DNA of 64,000 nt, from contig CM060732.1 in NCBI GenBank assembly GCA_030704615.1, forward strand, positions 20,770,001 through 20,834,000, in the 5' to 3' direction. The DNA comes from Takakia lepidozioides (taxonomy: Eukaryota; Plantae; Bryophyta). The translations under genes were made by a program, and so were the position numbers. Positions 36,220 to 51,255 of this stretch are shown here, piece by piece; within the stretch, counting starts at the first letter, position 1; each line of letters starts with the position of its first letter. Under the pieces are notes generated by a model. It did not search any database. It was not told where the DNA came from and saw only the letters and a list, made by a program, of their open reading frames with translations.

Positions 36220-39200
36220 TTACCGGTTCTGGAAGTTCAAGAACTTAATGGCGATGATGAAGATGGTGGCAAAAAGAATTGGCCATATGGCAGCCATGGC
36301 TCCCACTACCCCTAAAAAGCTATACTTGAATCCAAAGTGCTGCTGAACATATTCCTTCACGGGCATAGCCGGCCCATTACTTTGATATAGGATGCTTGAA
36401 TCGTTGCCAAATTGTGATGCAATGAGACCATACAAAGTCCAGGCTACTGGACAGATCCAGTAATACCAGATCCACCATACTGGGATCAGCTGCAGAAACC
36501 AACCCACTCAAGCAATGTTCAGTGATGGAAGTCAGACAGTCCTTTACTGTCTGGAAGACAAACACACGAAGTATAGACACACGGTGATTCTGCGTCTACC
36601 ATGGAACTTTTTCAAAAGCTATGCTCCTGACCTTAACAAATGGAAGTGATAAGAGTTGAGGGACAGAAAGGACATGATGCCTACCGGCTTGCGAATCAAA
36701 AACCCGGAGAAGAGGTTGAAGAGCGAGTAGAAGAAGCTTGCCAATATCACGGCGATTTGACCATTGGGAGTGAGAGCCACCATCATCATTCCATAGTACG
36801 TGAATGCTATCAAGGAGCAAAACAGGAGGAAGAAGTACCAAAAGAACTTGGCTGGGGTCCACTGAAAGCCTATCATAGAATATGTGATACAAGAGTACAA
36901 GGCTGTTTGGGCAAATACGTAAGGTATCTCGATAAGGACCTGTAACAATCAAACGACACAGATTTCAAAGTTAGCCAAAGGTGAGTGTCAAAGCACAAGA
37001 ACATAAGACTTTTTAGGAGTCCCAGTGCCAAATTCAACTTGCCACTTCCCTGTTCCTTAGGTGGTAACACGGTTGGGCTGATAGAAGCCTCCTACATCCC
37101 ATCCTACCCCACCAAATATTCCTCGTTTCCTTCCCAAAACTAAGAAAGTTGAACGAAGTGCAATCAGAACCATTGAAATCCTTGCCTGTGCAAGTGCGTA
37201 GGGTATGGCAGAGTACATCCCCGCTGCCTTTTCTCTGTAAAAGACCGTGCGCTCAATACCCACTACTGGCTGAACTGTCCCACAGTTGTTGAAGCAGATA
37301 AACAGTGTAGCTCCAAATAAAGCCCCCATTATGGTGATTAGATCTGAATCATGATTTCTGCACCACAACGGGTTGCCGAAGAATCAGAACCATATTTTCT
37401 CTCCAAGAAACTTCAATTTTCTCTAGTAGGTCACTGAGCTTGCAATTTTGTTGATGATTTCAGGTTCAACAGCGTCGTGCTCTTCAGTTGAAGAATAGAT
37501 GTTAACTTTGAAAAAGAGATAACTTGAACCTCTAGATAGTCCTCAACTGTACATTGAACTAATGGAGGAGCAAGTCCCTGCAAGTTCTATAGAAGTGCTC
37601 ACCTTTTTTGGTTTAAAGTTCCAACTTGCCAGAAGATGCTCCCAAATACCAGGCCAGTGAGGAAAGTGAAGGCAGCGCGAACTAGGTTGTAGTTAGGGCT
37701 GCGCCAGTATGTTAGATGTTGCTTCCATAGCGTGCTCTGTAGTTGTGCAAAGAAGGACTGTGAATACTGGGTGGGAAAATGCAAGTCCTGAGAGTCTGGA
37801 GCAGGCACACTGAGCTGCTGCACCAATGCCTTGTTTCGCCTGTTCCAAGCATTAAGTGATGTCATTTTAGTGAGGGTGACAGTATAGAGAACCAAAAGCA
37901 GTGCTAAAGGCATCTCAATGGAATTAAGATAAGCATATTGCAGTTACCACTTCAGAGAGTATCTATGGAGGGGAAATTGGACTTACTGGTAGAGAGCAGA
38001 TTTCTCGTACAGATCTGCAAAGTCAACATTGAGCTGGTTCTCAACAGATACATTGCTGACTTCCAGCATCCACGTGGCAGGATTGTATCCATCATGGATT
38101 TTCGTTACACCTGGTATTGCCTGCGCCATGGGCACAAAGCAATGGGACCTTGTAAGTTGGTTGATATCAGAACAGATAAGTGTGTCTCTCTTTCTTCCAA
38201 GTTCGCTCTGGTTGGCCCCTTCCCCTCAAGCCTCATACATTCTCTGATTGCTCTCTGCTTTCCCCAGCTAGTGTTCTCTCTCCGTTGAGACTGAAGAACA
38301 ATATTTTCTTTCAATATTTTCTCTCAAGGGTCGCTACTACTGCCTAATCTGGGGCAGCCATTCCCTCACTGAGGTCTTTCAAGGACCACAAGTGCCTGGC
38401 TGCATACCTACATGAGGCTCTCAACCCTAGAGAATCTCTGGATGTTAAATACTGGATTTGGGGCTTATTGTTGGGGGCCCCACTTCTTTCTTGTATCATG
38501 GTTTCTTTGTAACCATAAGCTCATTGAGCTTCCCGTGGTTGTTAAAAAGTTCCTTTCCTTTGGGCATCCTGCAGATGCAATACATTTCTACTTTCTTATT
38601 TATTTCTCCCACACTACAACATTTGCGAGTATGCACACATTGTTATGGCCTTAAATCTTTTTAATATAAGCAGACAGGAAGTTCATGGGGGGTAAAAGGT
38701 GATAAGTATCTCACCTCAAAGTATTCAACAAGCTTGTGAGACTGATGTCCCAGGCGCCCCATGTAAATGACTTGCCCTCCACGCTTCAACAACAGCAGCT
38801 GTCGGGGCATCATACTAGTATCAGAACCTCAATTATGATGACATCAGTGTTGTCTATATAATTCTAAGTAAGTGTTTTTGTTTCAATAATAACACAGATA
38901 GCTCAAGGTGACAAATACCTCATCAAAAGCTTCAAAGATGTCAATGCTGGGTTGATGGATGGTGCAGACGACAGTGCGACCAGTATCAACAGTGTTGCGC
39001 ACGGTACGCATCACAATGGCTGCGGCACGTGCATCCAGCCCACTCGTGGGCTCATCCATAAAGATGATAGATGGGTTGGCCACCAGCTCCACAGCAATTG
39101 TCAATCGTTTCCTCTGTTCTGTTGACAGCCCAGTGATGCCAGGAAGTCCCACCAATGCATCTTGCAGTGGCTTCAGTTCCACCAGCTCCATCACCTCCTC

Positions 39201-42200
39201 GACAAATTGCTGCACACATGCAACACATGTCTAAGACGTTTGGCAATTGTGGTAAGCCACTTCCAGACAGCTTTTCATTTCCATTTAGCATGGAACTCCC
39301 TACCTACCCCCAACTCCCACTGGCAACTGATTCAACCGGCTCTTTACCCTCAACTTGACCAATAATTCTGGAAATTGTAGATACAAATGTGTATGTCAGA
39401 TGAGACTCTTGAGTAGGAGTACTCCTTGAGGGTGGTTGACATACCATTTTGAGGTCAGGCTCAACATTGGCTGCAAGTCGAAGCCAGGCTGAATAGATCA
39501 GGGACTCACGAACAGTGACCTGAGGTGAATGAATATCAGTCTGCTCACAATAGCCTGATATGCGAGCAAATGTTTCCTGTATCTTTGGGTGACCAGAGAT
39601 TCGGATATCGCCCTCAATGTAACCACCAGTTTTCCTTCCAGCAAGAACATCCATAAGGGTTGTCTTCCCAGCTCCACTCACACCAACCAAAGCTGTAAGC
39701 ACACCTGGTTGGAATGCTCCGGTGATAGTGGTCAGCAGCCTGAGTCTATCTTCTTGGGTCTCCTGCTTCATTTCCTGCAATTCAGAGAAAAAAGGGGTTA
39801 GTACTTCTATGTTGAATTCTGCTTGTAATTCACACTAAGGGAGACAGACAGACAGACATGCCTGCAATTCTGCAACGTGACTTAAATGGCGAAGTTTCAT
39901 GCCTCATCTTGAATCAAGCAGGAGCAAACAGATTTATATGGACGTACAGTTCTTCCTGGAAGTAGAAGAAGATGGCAGGGAGGAAGAGAGGACAACAACC
40001 TGGGACCAGCAAGAAATGAAGAGGCAAGAAAAGGAGAGGGCAAGTGAGTTGCATACTGCAGGCATGTCAACATAGTAACTGATATCATTGAAGCTGATTG
40101 ATAAAGGCTGGAATGGTAAAATCATGCCCCGTTTCGGTGCAACCCCTCCAGCAGCATCCATGTTGTCATCCACATCCCTTTGAACAGGAGCTCTTCGGCT
40201 CCTGTTTCGAATTTGCATTTCTCCCCCGAAAGATTCTGCAAGAAAGTCATGGCTATGTTGAGATTTGGTCAATTGCCTCACAACATCACTCTCTCTTGCT
40301 TATTGACTTTAACTCTTTCTCGTTTCTCTTCTAGTTTGTCATCATGGGCCCCTGGGATCCCATGCGGACGTTTACGGAGTTTTTTGCTTTATTTATTAAT
40401 TTCTCTATATGCAAGTACATGAATTATGTGCAGGTGAGCAACGACAAAGACAATGTGTAGGAGGCAATGAATATAGAAGACGTGAACAGAACAATAAAGA
40501 ATTCGATCCTACACGAAGTGGTTGCATCTTCTGTTTTGCTTTGTACTTGAGAAACCTCACCACAATCCTGTGTAAACCCAAGTACTACTTCTTTTGGCCA
40601 TCAGCCTAAGCTGACAATTTGATATAGCAACTTCAGAGCCAACAATAGCTGACGGACTGAATGTGAAGTCAAATGCACTCTACAATTCCCACTTACGTAC
40701 CTCTCAGGCTATTTTCACCTCTCATCAAGGAACGGGGCATTGATTTCTTGGATTTTGAGGACAGTTGTATCTCTGACCCTGTTCGATTTGCTTCCTTTTC
40801 AGCAAGGGTCTCCTCTGAAACGACTGCCTGAGGCTTACCCAATGCTGTTTCATAACAGTTTACAGCCAAAATTAGCAGATGAACAGTATAACAGAATTTT
40901 CAGATTCTATCCTCTCGCACTCTGCTCAGCATTCAGCTCTCTCTTTCTCGTACACATGCAAATATCATGCATCAAAAGTAACTGGATATCATATTTGAGC
41001 TGAAAGTTACAGTAATACTATAGGCTCCAAGTGGCAGTAACGTACGCTTCAAGTATGTGATACACAGAGTAAAGAGAATGTTGAAGAGGATGGCATATCC
41101 AATCAATGCTGCAACGCCAATCCAGTACCAATAGCTGTAGGGAAATTGTCCCCGGTTTTCCAAAGCTTTCACACCCACTGTGACAGTGCTACCAGGAAAC
41201 GGCTGCAAGAACACCAACATGCCAGCCTGGTTAAAAACATGCATGGCAGTAATTGATCCTCAATCAAATGACATGGTTACCTGTCTGGAGACAAAGATAC
41301 AAAGCTTCTTTTCGGGGTTGTGGTAGAGAGGGAGGAGAGAACATCAGAAAGTGTGCATCTGAAAGGGAGATAAACCTTCCACGAGATATGAGAAAGGCCT
41401 CAAAGTAACAAAAACAGGCATGGAAACCGCACAGGTTGTAGGAGAAGCAGTTCTAACCGTTTGCCAGCGAGGTGCAAGCAGCTCATTCACATTGATTGCT
41501 TGCTCCGCATAAGTAAGAGGGGAGACCCAGTAGCCCCAAATCCACCACTTCTTAATGTCTGCCCTGGGAATGATGAACCCTCCTAACATAACGCTCAGAA
41601 GGATAACAACAAAACCTATTGTGTTGGCCACTATCATTGACCGGCACAATCCCCCAATGAGACGAAACAGACCGCCCGCCATCTGCTGCACTGCCATCAG
41701 CACCAGGTACTGCTTGAAGAATCTGCAAAAACCGAAGTCCTAGAGTTGCTTAACACACATGCTCGGGTAATGTTTAAAATGATGGAGCAAGCTCAGTTTC
41801 AAGACACTTAGTAACCAAGAAACCTCACGCCAGCTCTCTTCTCTCCCTTTGGACCTATACAAATAATGTTACAGTCTGTAGTGCAGAATGGCAGAGCCTG
41901 CTCACCTGCTGGCTTCAGGAGCGTAGCCAGTGACATAATAAGTCATGCCCACCCAGATGGCACATTCAATCACTGTGAATGGCAGGGACAACACCACAAC
42001 AGAGACAGAGTAGGCCCAGGGTGGATAAAAGAAAAGGTCTCGCTGCTTCAAAAGAACAGGTAGCCGGCCAATGGTCGTGGCAAGCTCTCCAAAACCATTG
42101 AACATGATTGAGGTTAGCGCAAAAAATAGAGCACCCAAATAGGTCGCCCCATCATCTGGTGTGTCATGATGTAACTTTGTGCGGAAAAAAGTGGTCATGG

Positions 42201-45200
42201 AAATAAACGCGGTCAACGCAATCTGCAGTCAAGCAACAAAGATGTTTCTGTGAGAATATGGCACTCTGTTGTCCACTGCAAGAGTCAGTAAGCGAAAAGC
42301 TGAGAGGCTAGGTATTAAGAAAAATGAAATGTAGCATACTAAACTAATTTAAGCTGACACAGGTGGTGAATTAGATGCAGAATGAAACCAGTAGAATATG
42401 ATTTTTCCATGCATAAAGGCAAAGACAAGTGTATTTCAAAAGGAACATGAGAATGAAAATGGTAGATGTTTCACCTGAGCCGTCTTGAAGACATAGACAA
42501 AGGCATTGCGCTTCATAAGAAGCAGTTCCTTGTCAAAGTTAGCCTTGAAGAGCTCCCATTTCTTGATCGCGTAAGTTTTTGTTGCCAAGGCAGCTTTGTG
42601 GCTTCTCTCCTTTGCAAAAGGTACTGCCAGCTCGTCCCCCATCTGGATGCCTACATGGAATTGTTTAAAACGGTCCGAAAACTCTGACACAGATATATAG
42701 CGGTATGGTCGTCGTCTATCAGCCCAGTATTGTTCTTGGTCTTTTCGCGAAGTCACCTGCACTCACAAGCCAGCTTTGCTCTTAGGTCCACTTGAAGTTA
42801 CAGAGAGAGGGAAGGAGATAGGGACATGGTATGCGACGTGAAAGGGGGACCCACACACAAAACAATGACAAGTAGCACTGCATTTCCAAGGACACCCCTA
42901 ATGAGATATAAGGTCCGGTTACCTCTTGTAGGAAGTCAGCCACACCCTTACGATCAGGGCACCTGAAGCCGCAACTCTCAAAGAACTCCATAACTTTTTC
43001 ACGCGGACCATGATATGTAACCTGCCCTTCAGAGAGTAGTATGATGTCGTCAAAGAGGTCAAAGGTCTCAGGAGCAGGCTGCAACAATGACACCAGGATG
43101 GTGCCACCCAACACCCTCGCAAACTGGCGTAAACTACTCACAATTGAGAATGTCGTTGAGCTATCCAGTCCTGTGGATATCTCGTCCATGAACAATGCAG
43201 TTGTGGGTCCCACAATCATTTCACCTGTCAAGATCCCACAACCAAGGATAACTTGTCGTAGTTTGTTCAGACTGGAATTTGCACCTTGATAGACGACTGG
43301 TGTGATCACCGGGTTCCATCCATGTGTGCTTATTAAGGTGCATATCCACCTTCGTTGTGAAAGTCTTAGCATGTAAATTCTAGTATTATTGGGCAAAGGA
43401 AATGGCGGTCATAGTACTCATTAGGTTGGTGCTACACCATGACCTCACATTGATCAAAGCTGGCATGCACATAATATCATCTTTGAACCACACCTGTTGT
43501 CACTCGCTTTTTCTGCCCACCAGAAATGCCTCTGTGCATGTCATCCCCCACCATTGTGTCGGCACACACGTCAAGGCCTAGCATCTGCAAACACCACCCA
43601 TCCATTTCATCATTTACTTTCGAAAAGAACCACTGAGGCACATTGAAGTCTCAAAAATATGAAACATACTGCTAGTTTATTTAGGACTTGGTTTCTGGTG
43701 AGTATATACACTACATCATCTCACGTTGGCATGGGAAATTGTGTAACTTAGCAAGCCTAGACAAAGCTCTCTTACCCGTAGGGTGTAGTCGGTAGCAAGA
43801 CTGCCCTCTACTCCTTCCAAAGCTGTTGCCTGCAACAGAACTCAATTTCAGCCCAAATACGATAGGAAAGAAAATGAAGCATTGGGAAGGAAGGAGTTTG
43901 ATGTACACAGGAGAAAAGAAAGACGTGTAAGAAGAGAACAAACACTCACTTTCATGAAGGCGTCAAGATCTGCTTCTGGGTGAATCCCTGCCTGTTTTTC
44001 TCTTCTACTGATCTCCTCCAACATCTCTGCAAGTCCAAGAGACGTCCAAGCAGTAAGCTTCAAACCACAAAGGCGGCCGAGAAAAACCAAGGTAGGCCTA
44101 TATAAAGTTTGTATGCATTGGGTTTGTTACAGAGCTGGATGTAGATTCAGAGAGTGAAATGATTGCAGCTTAGTATACTTGTATCCAAATTCATTCAGGA
44201 CCCTGGACATGAATGAAGGAAACTGACCGTATCGGGTGCCTATGCCTTGACAGCGAGCAGAGAAGTTTAGTGTTTCACGGACTGTCATTTCGCCAACATG
44301 GAGGTCATACTGGCTGATGTACACTGATGTCTTCTGGGGCACAAATTCATTCAGCTTGTGACCATTGAATGTCACCTCCCCTTTCACCTGCAGCCATTGC
44401 CATTCTCAGACCCCATCTTAACCACACTCCTCGGGAAAACCCAAGCCAGTGACTCATTTCAAGGAGACTCTAAAACACCCATCCCCTCTAAAATGGGTTC
44501 CCTGCCCTCATGCCTCAGACAAGTACAGAGATACTTGCATTAGTTTGACCCCAGGCCTTGAACTGCTTAGAGTTCACATAGTCTACATCAACTTTTCAAG
44601 CTGCACTCTTATCCCTGAGGTAGCATATAACCCATAGAACCCACCACCCAGACGCATGTTACAGGACTCCTTGGCCTGGTATCTCACCTTCAAGTCTTCG
44701 TCAAGCTTCCCAGCCAGTGCCAGCAGCAGTGTTGTCTTTCCCGAACTTGGTGGGCCCAGCAATAATGTCATTCTAGAAGCCCATTGCACCCATTGAAGTG
44801 TCAATCACATGTCCACAATTACCTCCCTTTCTGCCAACTTAGCAAATTTCCAACAGTGTTACAAAGGAGACCGGCCAGGAATCTTGTCCCACAACATAAC
44901 TGTGCTGTTAGTGGTTGTGGCAGTGAATATTTGAAGCCCACGGGATCTTCCACCCTGGGAACGGTTGGTCTCATCCCACAACATCTTTTTCAACCTGTAC
45001 TTTTTGAGACGAAGTGTCCAAGTCTGCCTTCCACGTACACGGAGTGTTTGAAAGCAAGTTTGCATCTTCCTCACTAAACTGTGGCTTCTGAAATCTGGCC
45101 ATTTTTGTTGAGAGAACATACCTGCCAGGCTTGATGATGCCACTGACATTGTGCAGAATGTTGAGCACTGTCTTCTTTGAGAAATGAATACCCAACAATC

Positions 45201-46579
45201 CAAAGAAGGACTGCAACAGAACACCCAGGATAAGTATGAGATGGATACCCCTGATCGTCTTCCAACTTGTCACAAAGCTTTGTCAGATTCTCAAGTTTCA
45301 GTCACTGCCAGCTGCTGCAGGACAGGTGCTTACCATGGGCTACCAGCCCATGCCTGATGTCTTCATTGCAGGTGGTTTTGCAACACAAATTTCCAGAGTT
45401 TGTCGGAGTTTGAGCACCTTCACCAGGGGCACACAAACTCAAAATTCTGAAGATTCTAGTGCCTGCAATATCCTGTTGATTCACAACTTCCTTTCGAGGA
45501 ATTCAAACTCCTGGTGAGCAGCATGACACATACCTCAATCACGTTGCGGGCGGTATTCACGAGTGTAGGAAGAGCTCTGTTTCCCACTTGGCAGTTCGCA
45601 TCGATCGTCAAATTCTGGTACCGCACCTCTATTGTGGGCAATTCTATTCCAACCCTGAAAAACATATGAATGTATCCAAAGGTTGAATAGCGTGAAGCGT
45701 GAGCTCCAAATGCATTTTGAAAACCCACCTATGATAAGTTGCACATGAGAGAGTCTATTCTTTAGGGATCACTGAGTTAACCCAGAGTATAGACGAGCGC
45801 CTGTATCTAGAAGATCCATAGTAGCAACACCATATGTCCTTCACCCCATCTGGTAGTGAGGGAAAATGTTTAAGAGGGTTGAATCTGTTAGAAAAACCTG
45901 CCGCTTTTGCACTCAGCCCGGACTGGGCGTAGTTATCAGTAGTTCTCAAAGACTTCAAGCACTTGCCTGGGCGACTGTAGTATGTCCCACAAACATTATA
46001 GCAAGTAAGAACCTTTGAAGGTTATGAGGGTATGAGGCCAGCTTCTAAGGTTGCTTTGCAGGCTCCAAGACACATATCTGCTGGTGAATAGCGTCCCCAA
46101 GAGCATGCAATTGTGTTGATAATTCTTGGGCCCATTTTTAAACGGTGTGCTGGATATCGAGATTTGAGCACTTACTTGTCGATCCTCTTTCGCAACTTCA
46201 CCAGAAACTTCTCGTTGTCCTCTTCTGTCACCTTGAGCAGCTTGTCAAGTAGATGCTGGCGCTCAATGTGTGAAAAGTTTCTCACGTCAATCTGATCTAC
46301 ATCCCCCGTTGATTTGTGAATGATAGTCTTGCGCAACCGATCGTAGGTGGGGAGCCTCTCCAAGGCAGCCCATTTCAGAGCTTCTTCATCATCATCCGCA
46401 ACCTCCCTACGAGAGGCAGATGACCTTGTTAAGGGATTGTCAGGACCAACCAATATTGCCCAATTTGCTCGCCTACTGCTACTCATTTCTCTATAGCTTC
46501 TGCTGGACATAGCGCCTCCGCTGTTTCGTCTCCCACTGCCAGGCCATTGCGTAGCCTCTGGCCCCGGCGGATACGCCAT
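36220..46579 (-). CDS. ABCG: Full-size ABCG (PDR-type) ABC transporter, ~23 exons
   Basis: [113 protein letters not shown]-terminal LNFQNR*. NBD-TMD-NBD-TMD order with consistent splice sites. Confidence 0.96.
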
Positions 46580-48324
46580 GGTGTCGACAGCTGAAATTCC
46601 CCTTCAGCAACCCCTTCTGAAAACCGTCCAGCACAATGTCTTAAAAAGGGATCGGTGGTTCCTTCCACTCCTCTGTGCCGCAATCTTTGGGTCGCAACTT
46701 TCCGGTTGCAGCTTCATGCAACAGTTAACTTGCGATCAGTGAAGATGAATCCTTTCAACCCTCTCTCTCTCTCAAACGACAGTCGCTGAAATGCAGGAAT
46801 TTGTGTGGTTGGGGAAGGGGTCAAGCTCTTTGTCTGTGTGTCTTCCAAGGCGATGGGAGCTTCACTTAAGGAGACTATCTACAACCTCCAACCCCTCTCG
46901 CTCCACGCAAGATCGAAGGTCCAATGAGGAAAACCAGGGAGACAAGAGTGGATTATAAAGGTCAAGGAGAAGGAGTGCTGCCTGCTGTAACACCCACGTT
47001 TTCAATAAGAGTATTCCTGCCCAAACCTGCGTCGAATTCTACCGTCAAACGTGGCGTCGCTGACAATCCACTCCCCATCCACGCCCCAGATCTCATCGCT
47101 CCCGTTCTCTCTCTGCCCCCACACAGATCCCACCGTGCTACCACCTTTGACCCAGTCTGAACTTTCTCGACTCACTTTACCCCCGAGTCAACACTGCTCC
47201 TCCACTCCAAATTCTCAAGTGCCAGAATCAACTCGTTCCCCAACCACGAAAAGAAAAGCAACAACAAAACACAGTATTGTTCAGAGCTTCGCAGCAGCTT
47301 CCATGGACGACTGTCCAAGCGTTTCTCTTGACTTCTATTCATGGCTCTCCTCTCTCCGTGGAAGAAGTTTGCGGAAGCTTTGTTTGTTCGTTTGTTATTA
47401 TCGACGACGAACGTTGAAGTAACTAGTCAAAAGCTACTCTGCCACCTTTCTCTGCTCTTTATATTATTTGTTTTTTTCCCAGTTATTTTTCACGCTACAG
47501 AGAAAACATTTGACGTCGTGTTGACCAGAAGCCGACAAGCGCAGCACAATCAGGCGAGTCAAACCCATCCCAGTCAACATGTGGATAAATAGAACACATG
47601 CAAATACAAAGCAAATACCTAATAAACACTTGATATTATCATTCTGGGAGGGCCCATTTGCCATGAGGCCCGGCTTCCTCCCCTTTCACCTAAAAAAATA
47701 CAAAAAAATAAAAAATAAAAAACAAAATCCGGGAGGTAAAAACATTTTAAGAAGAAAATCTGGGAGGTTATGCTGGTTTGTATGTTTGTTTGTAATTTGT
47801 AGCCCATGCGCCGCGGCAGTAACTTAGTATGAGAACTAGGAGTGTTTTTTATACGGCCAGTAATTATACTCATATGAAAAAGAGATACCTAATCCATACC
47901 TATCATAGTATTTGTCTTGATGAATTAATTTGGCTAGTGGTAATATTTCAATTTTTTCTGATATGGCTAGATTATTAATTATTATTGTCTGTGCCTTATG
48001 GTGGCCTCGTGGTTTTAAAATTTTCCCCAACAAATTCCACATAAAATTTCATTTGCAGGGCTTCTTTTTTTATTTGTTGTTTTTTAAATTATTCATTAAA
48101 AACATTATTGAGGAATGATAACCTGTAGCGCCATGTAATCAAAAGATTGGTTTACTAGTTAATTAAGGGGCTAAGGTTTGAAGTGGGGTGTGAGCTACAC
48201 CAAATTATTTCAGTATTATTTGCTAGTGTTATTATACGTACACGCCTAGCCCTTCAACTATCATTGACAACCTGGTATAATAGGCCACAATAAAAACGTG
48301 TTACTAGTAAGAGTAAGATTTTAC

Positions 48325-48545
48325 AGTCGGTAGCTCAGTTGGTATGTGCACTGAGTGCCACCCAGATGATTCTGGGGTCAAATCCTGCTACATGACGGGT
48401 GTGGGATACTCTTCTCCCCCTTCCCTGGGCGGTGTCCCATTTCTCAGCCTCCATGGCGCGGTCAGTGAAAGAGTTGTTTTCTCCTCTCACTATTAAGGGG
48501 CCTGATTTGTGAGCTGTCGCTCCCAAGTGTTTCCTTTTTTTTTTT
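48325..48545 (+). mobile_element. tRNA-derived SINE family A, apparently full length (~220 bp)
   Basis: A-box TAGCTCAGTTGG (48331-48342), B-box GGTCAAATCC (48376-48385), unrelated 3' body and T11 tail (48535-48545). Two more copies occur in the window. Confidence 0.8.
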
Positions 48546-51255
48546 CTTAAGAAACTGTTTTGTTTTCTCCCGTTTAATAAACTTCGAGGGCCTGAGTCTG
48601 TCGGTCGACCGTCCCTCTTGACGAGTATATATATATACTAAAGCAATGTATGAATTTTTGTTTTTTAACTTTTGTTTTCAAGTCAACAGAAAAACGAAAA
48701 AGAGACAAACATCAAAAAATTGTATTTTTCTTCTCTTTAGGGTATCGGATCATTTTCCATCTTCCAAACAAACAGAAAAAACAAAACAGAAGGGGGAATT
48801 CAGGCCAGTGCAGAAAGTAATATTAGTAATATATGAGCACGTTTTGTGTGGGGGATTGGCACATTGTCTCCATTTTCTTACCCACGTTTTAATTTTTTGC
48901 AATGCAAAGAAAGTCACGGTTTTTATTATTTATTTGTAATAAATTAACCGAAACATGTCCACTGCCATGCGATTTCTTATTATTATATTTTTAAAGGCCC
49001 TTTGGTGAAGGAAAAGCACCCCTTTACCAATATGTGCAATGTGATATCCAGGGTCACATAATTTCTTAATTTGGGTTGAGAATGATTTTTTCTTTTCTTA
49101 CAAGAAAGGGGACAAAGGCCTTGTTATTCAAATTAATAAAGAATCGAGGAAAAAAATAACCTCGACCAAGCCATAAAGAGATAAAGCGATTTTGAAGAAG
49201 AAGAAAAGGGGGCGGTACCCTTGCGAACTTTATTTGGAATTATGTGATTTATCAATGTGATACTTTGAATGAAAAAGCACAGCTTTTCATCATACTTTTA
49301 CAATAAATTTATAGTTTGCATGGATTGTGCTGTACCAATGTTATCCCTATAGGATGAAGCTTTGATGTTGTGACTTTCCTCAACTTTTCCTTTTTTCCAT
49401 AGATTTTCTATTATACTTATTAGTTTATTTTTGGCACCTCTTTATTCTAAACAGGTGACTACGGATAAGGCTCAAAAATTGCTAAACCTTGTTGTGCCTT
49501 CCCCAGGTGTCACCTCCTCTCCTTTGCTGAAAACTACTTCCTCGTGGGCCTTTTCTGGTGACACCTCCCTAAGGTAACATCTCTCTTATTGAACAATTTA
49601 TGAAAAAGAAATGGATGAATTTTCACATTCACTATGGATGAAAGTAGATTTCATTATTCACAAAGAGGAGCCATACACCGACTAGCAGCTTGTTGGATTG
49701 TCATTGGTTTATGGAATCTGTTGTGAGGGCTCTCTCAGAATAAATAAGGGTCCCAAATCCAGGCCGGGGCTGTTTCCTGAAGGTCGAAAAAAGGGAAAAG
49801 ATTGGAGCGCCCAATGGGAAGGGCACCCGTGTAGGAACGGTGAAATATGAGGCCACGTGGAGAGGGTAGCAAGGTGGGCCTGCTTCTAGTTCTAGAGCCT
49901 TCTAGAAGTGGGATCAGTCGGTGCGGGGATTGTGGCTGTGGTTGTAGGTGTTGCAGGAGTATATGGGACCACCGGCAAGAAGGTTGGGCCTTTGGTGAAG
50001 TATGGGTGGAGAGTGGGCCCAATGGGATCGTGCCTTGGGCTCGTCCACCTACTCGTCTTCGAGGTGGAGCACTTGGGGCAGGCCAAGTAGCGCGGGTGGT
50101 ACTGGGATGGTCGAGCTTCTCAACGACATTTCTTACAGGTTCATCTCACAAATTTTTTTGCCGACAATCCGGAATCCGCAGTTTAGATATATGATTCACA
50201 TTTCAACTGCCCTTTTACAATCATTGTAGTTTGTTGTATGGTAAGTTAGATATTTGCTTCACTAGTGCTATGCTCTAGTTTTGCAAATATTGTACTATGT
50301 TGCAACTTTTTGTAACTCTTTAAACTGTTTATACTTAAGCAAAAAACCTTTCAGTCTGCAGGACCATCTAGTATTTAATAGAAATGTCAATAAGGATAAG
50401 GGGTATGCACAATTCCCGAACAATAGAATTGGAATTCTTCCAGCAAACAGGGCCAACCCTACTTATTACAGGAGTTCCAATTCTGAATTGCATCTCCTTC
50501 TCTCTGTTTTAAATTGTATTTCCACCTTGAAGTTGGTGATGTCTGGGATTGTGATGGTTGAAATCATACTTTGAGAACTCTAAAAGAATATTCTATGTAA
50601 GCGAAGGGTGGGCCTCGACATAAGGATTATCCAGGGTTAGTTCAAACAATAGCGGCCTGAGTTTGGACTACATTCCATAGGATAAGAAATTCAAAAAAAT
50701 GGTGTTTGCAGTAGGTGAGTTGATCCAAACACCTAATGCTAGTTCATTGTCTTCCTCTCTTAAATCTGTGTGTTGGGTCTCCGAGTGAGTGAATGGGTAT
50801 GAGAAAGATGCCCGCAAATATTGGGTAGCCACATATGGTGTACCCAAGGGTTTATTTTTTTTCCCACAATATTTCTAGATAAAATTTCAATTGAAAAAAA
50901 ATAGAAATTTTACTAATAAAGATATTAGACTTTAATTTTAAAAATTGTGAATTTATCTCTTACCTTCATAAAGTGGCAGCCTGGGCCTAAGTGTTGTGTG
51001 ACTGGTCAGGCCTTCTCTTCTTCATTAAGAATTGTGGGTTGTGGGTCCTCAAGCTGTAGGTAGTAGCCTGATCTTTCAAGTAATGTCAGAGTCTACTGTT
51101 GGTATATCTACTCATCCCAATGCAGTTTATGAGAGAATTATAAAAAAGAGGGAATCAGTAAAAGAGGGATTCAGTTAGTAGAAACTTTCTAACTTTCTAC
51201 CTTTCTAAAGAATCTTTATCTTTATGTTTAACAAAAAGTAACTTTCTAGGGAGCA

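Noticed and set aside
36596-43289. Plus-strand and alternate-frame ORFs over the ABCG gene (likewise over CSTF64, PPR and pol)
   Set aside because: These are shadow ORFs of real coding exons.
48325-48400. Functional tRNA gene or tRNA-snoRNA dicistron
   Set aside because: Acceptor and anticodon stems do not pair properly, the copies are divergent and truncated, and the C/D-like words are not convincingly placed.
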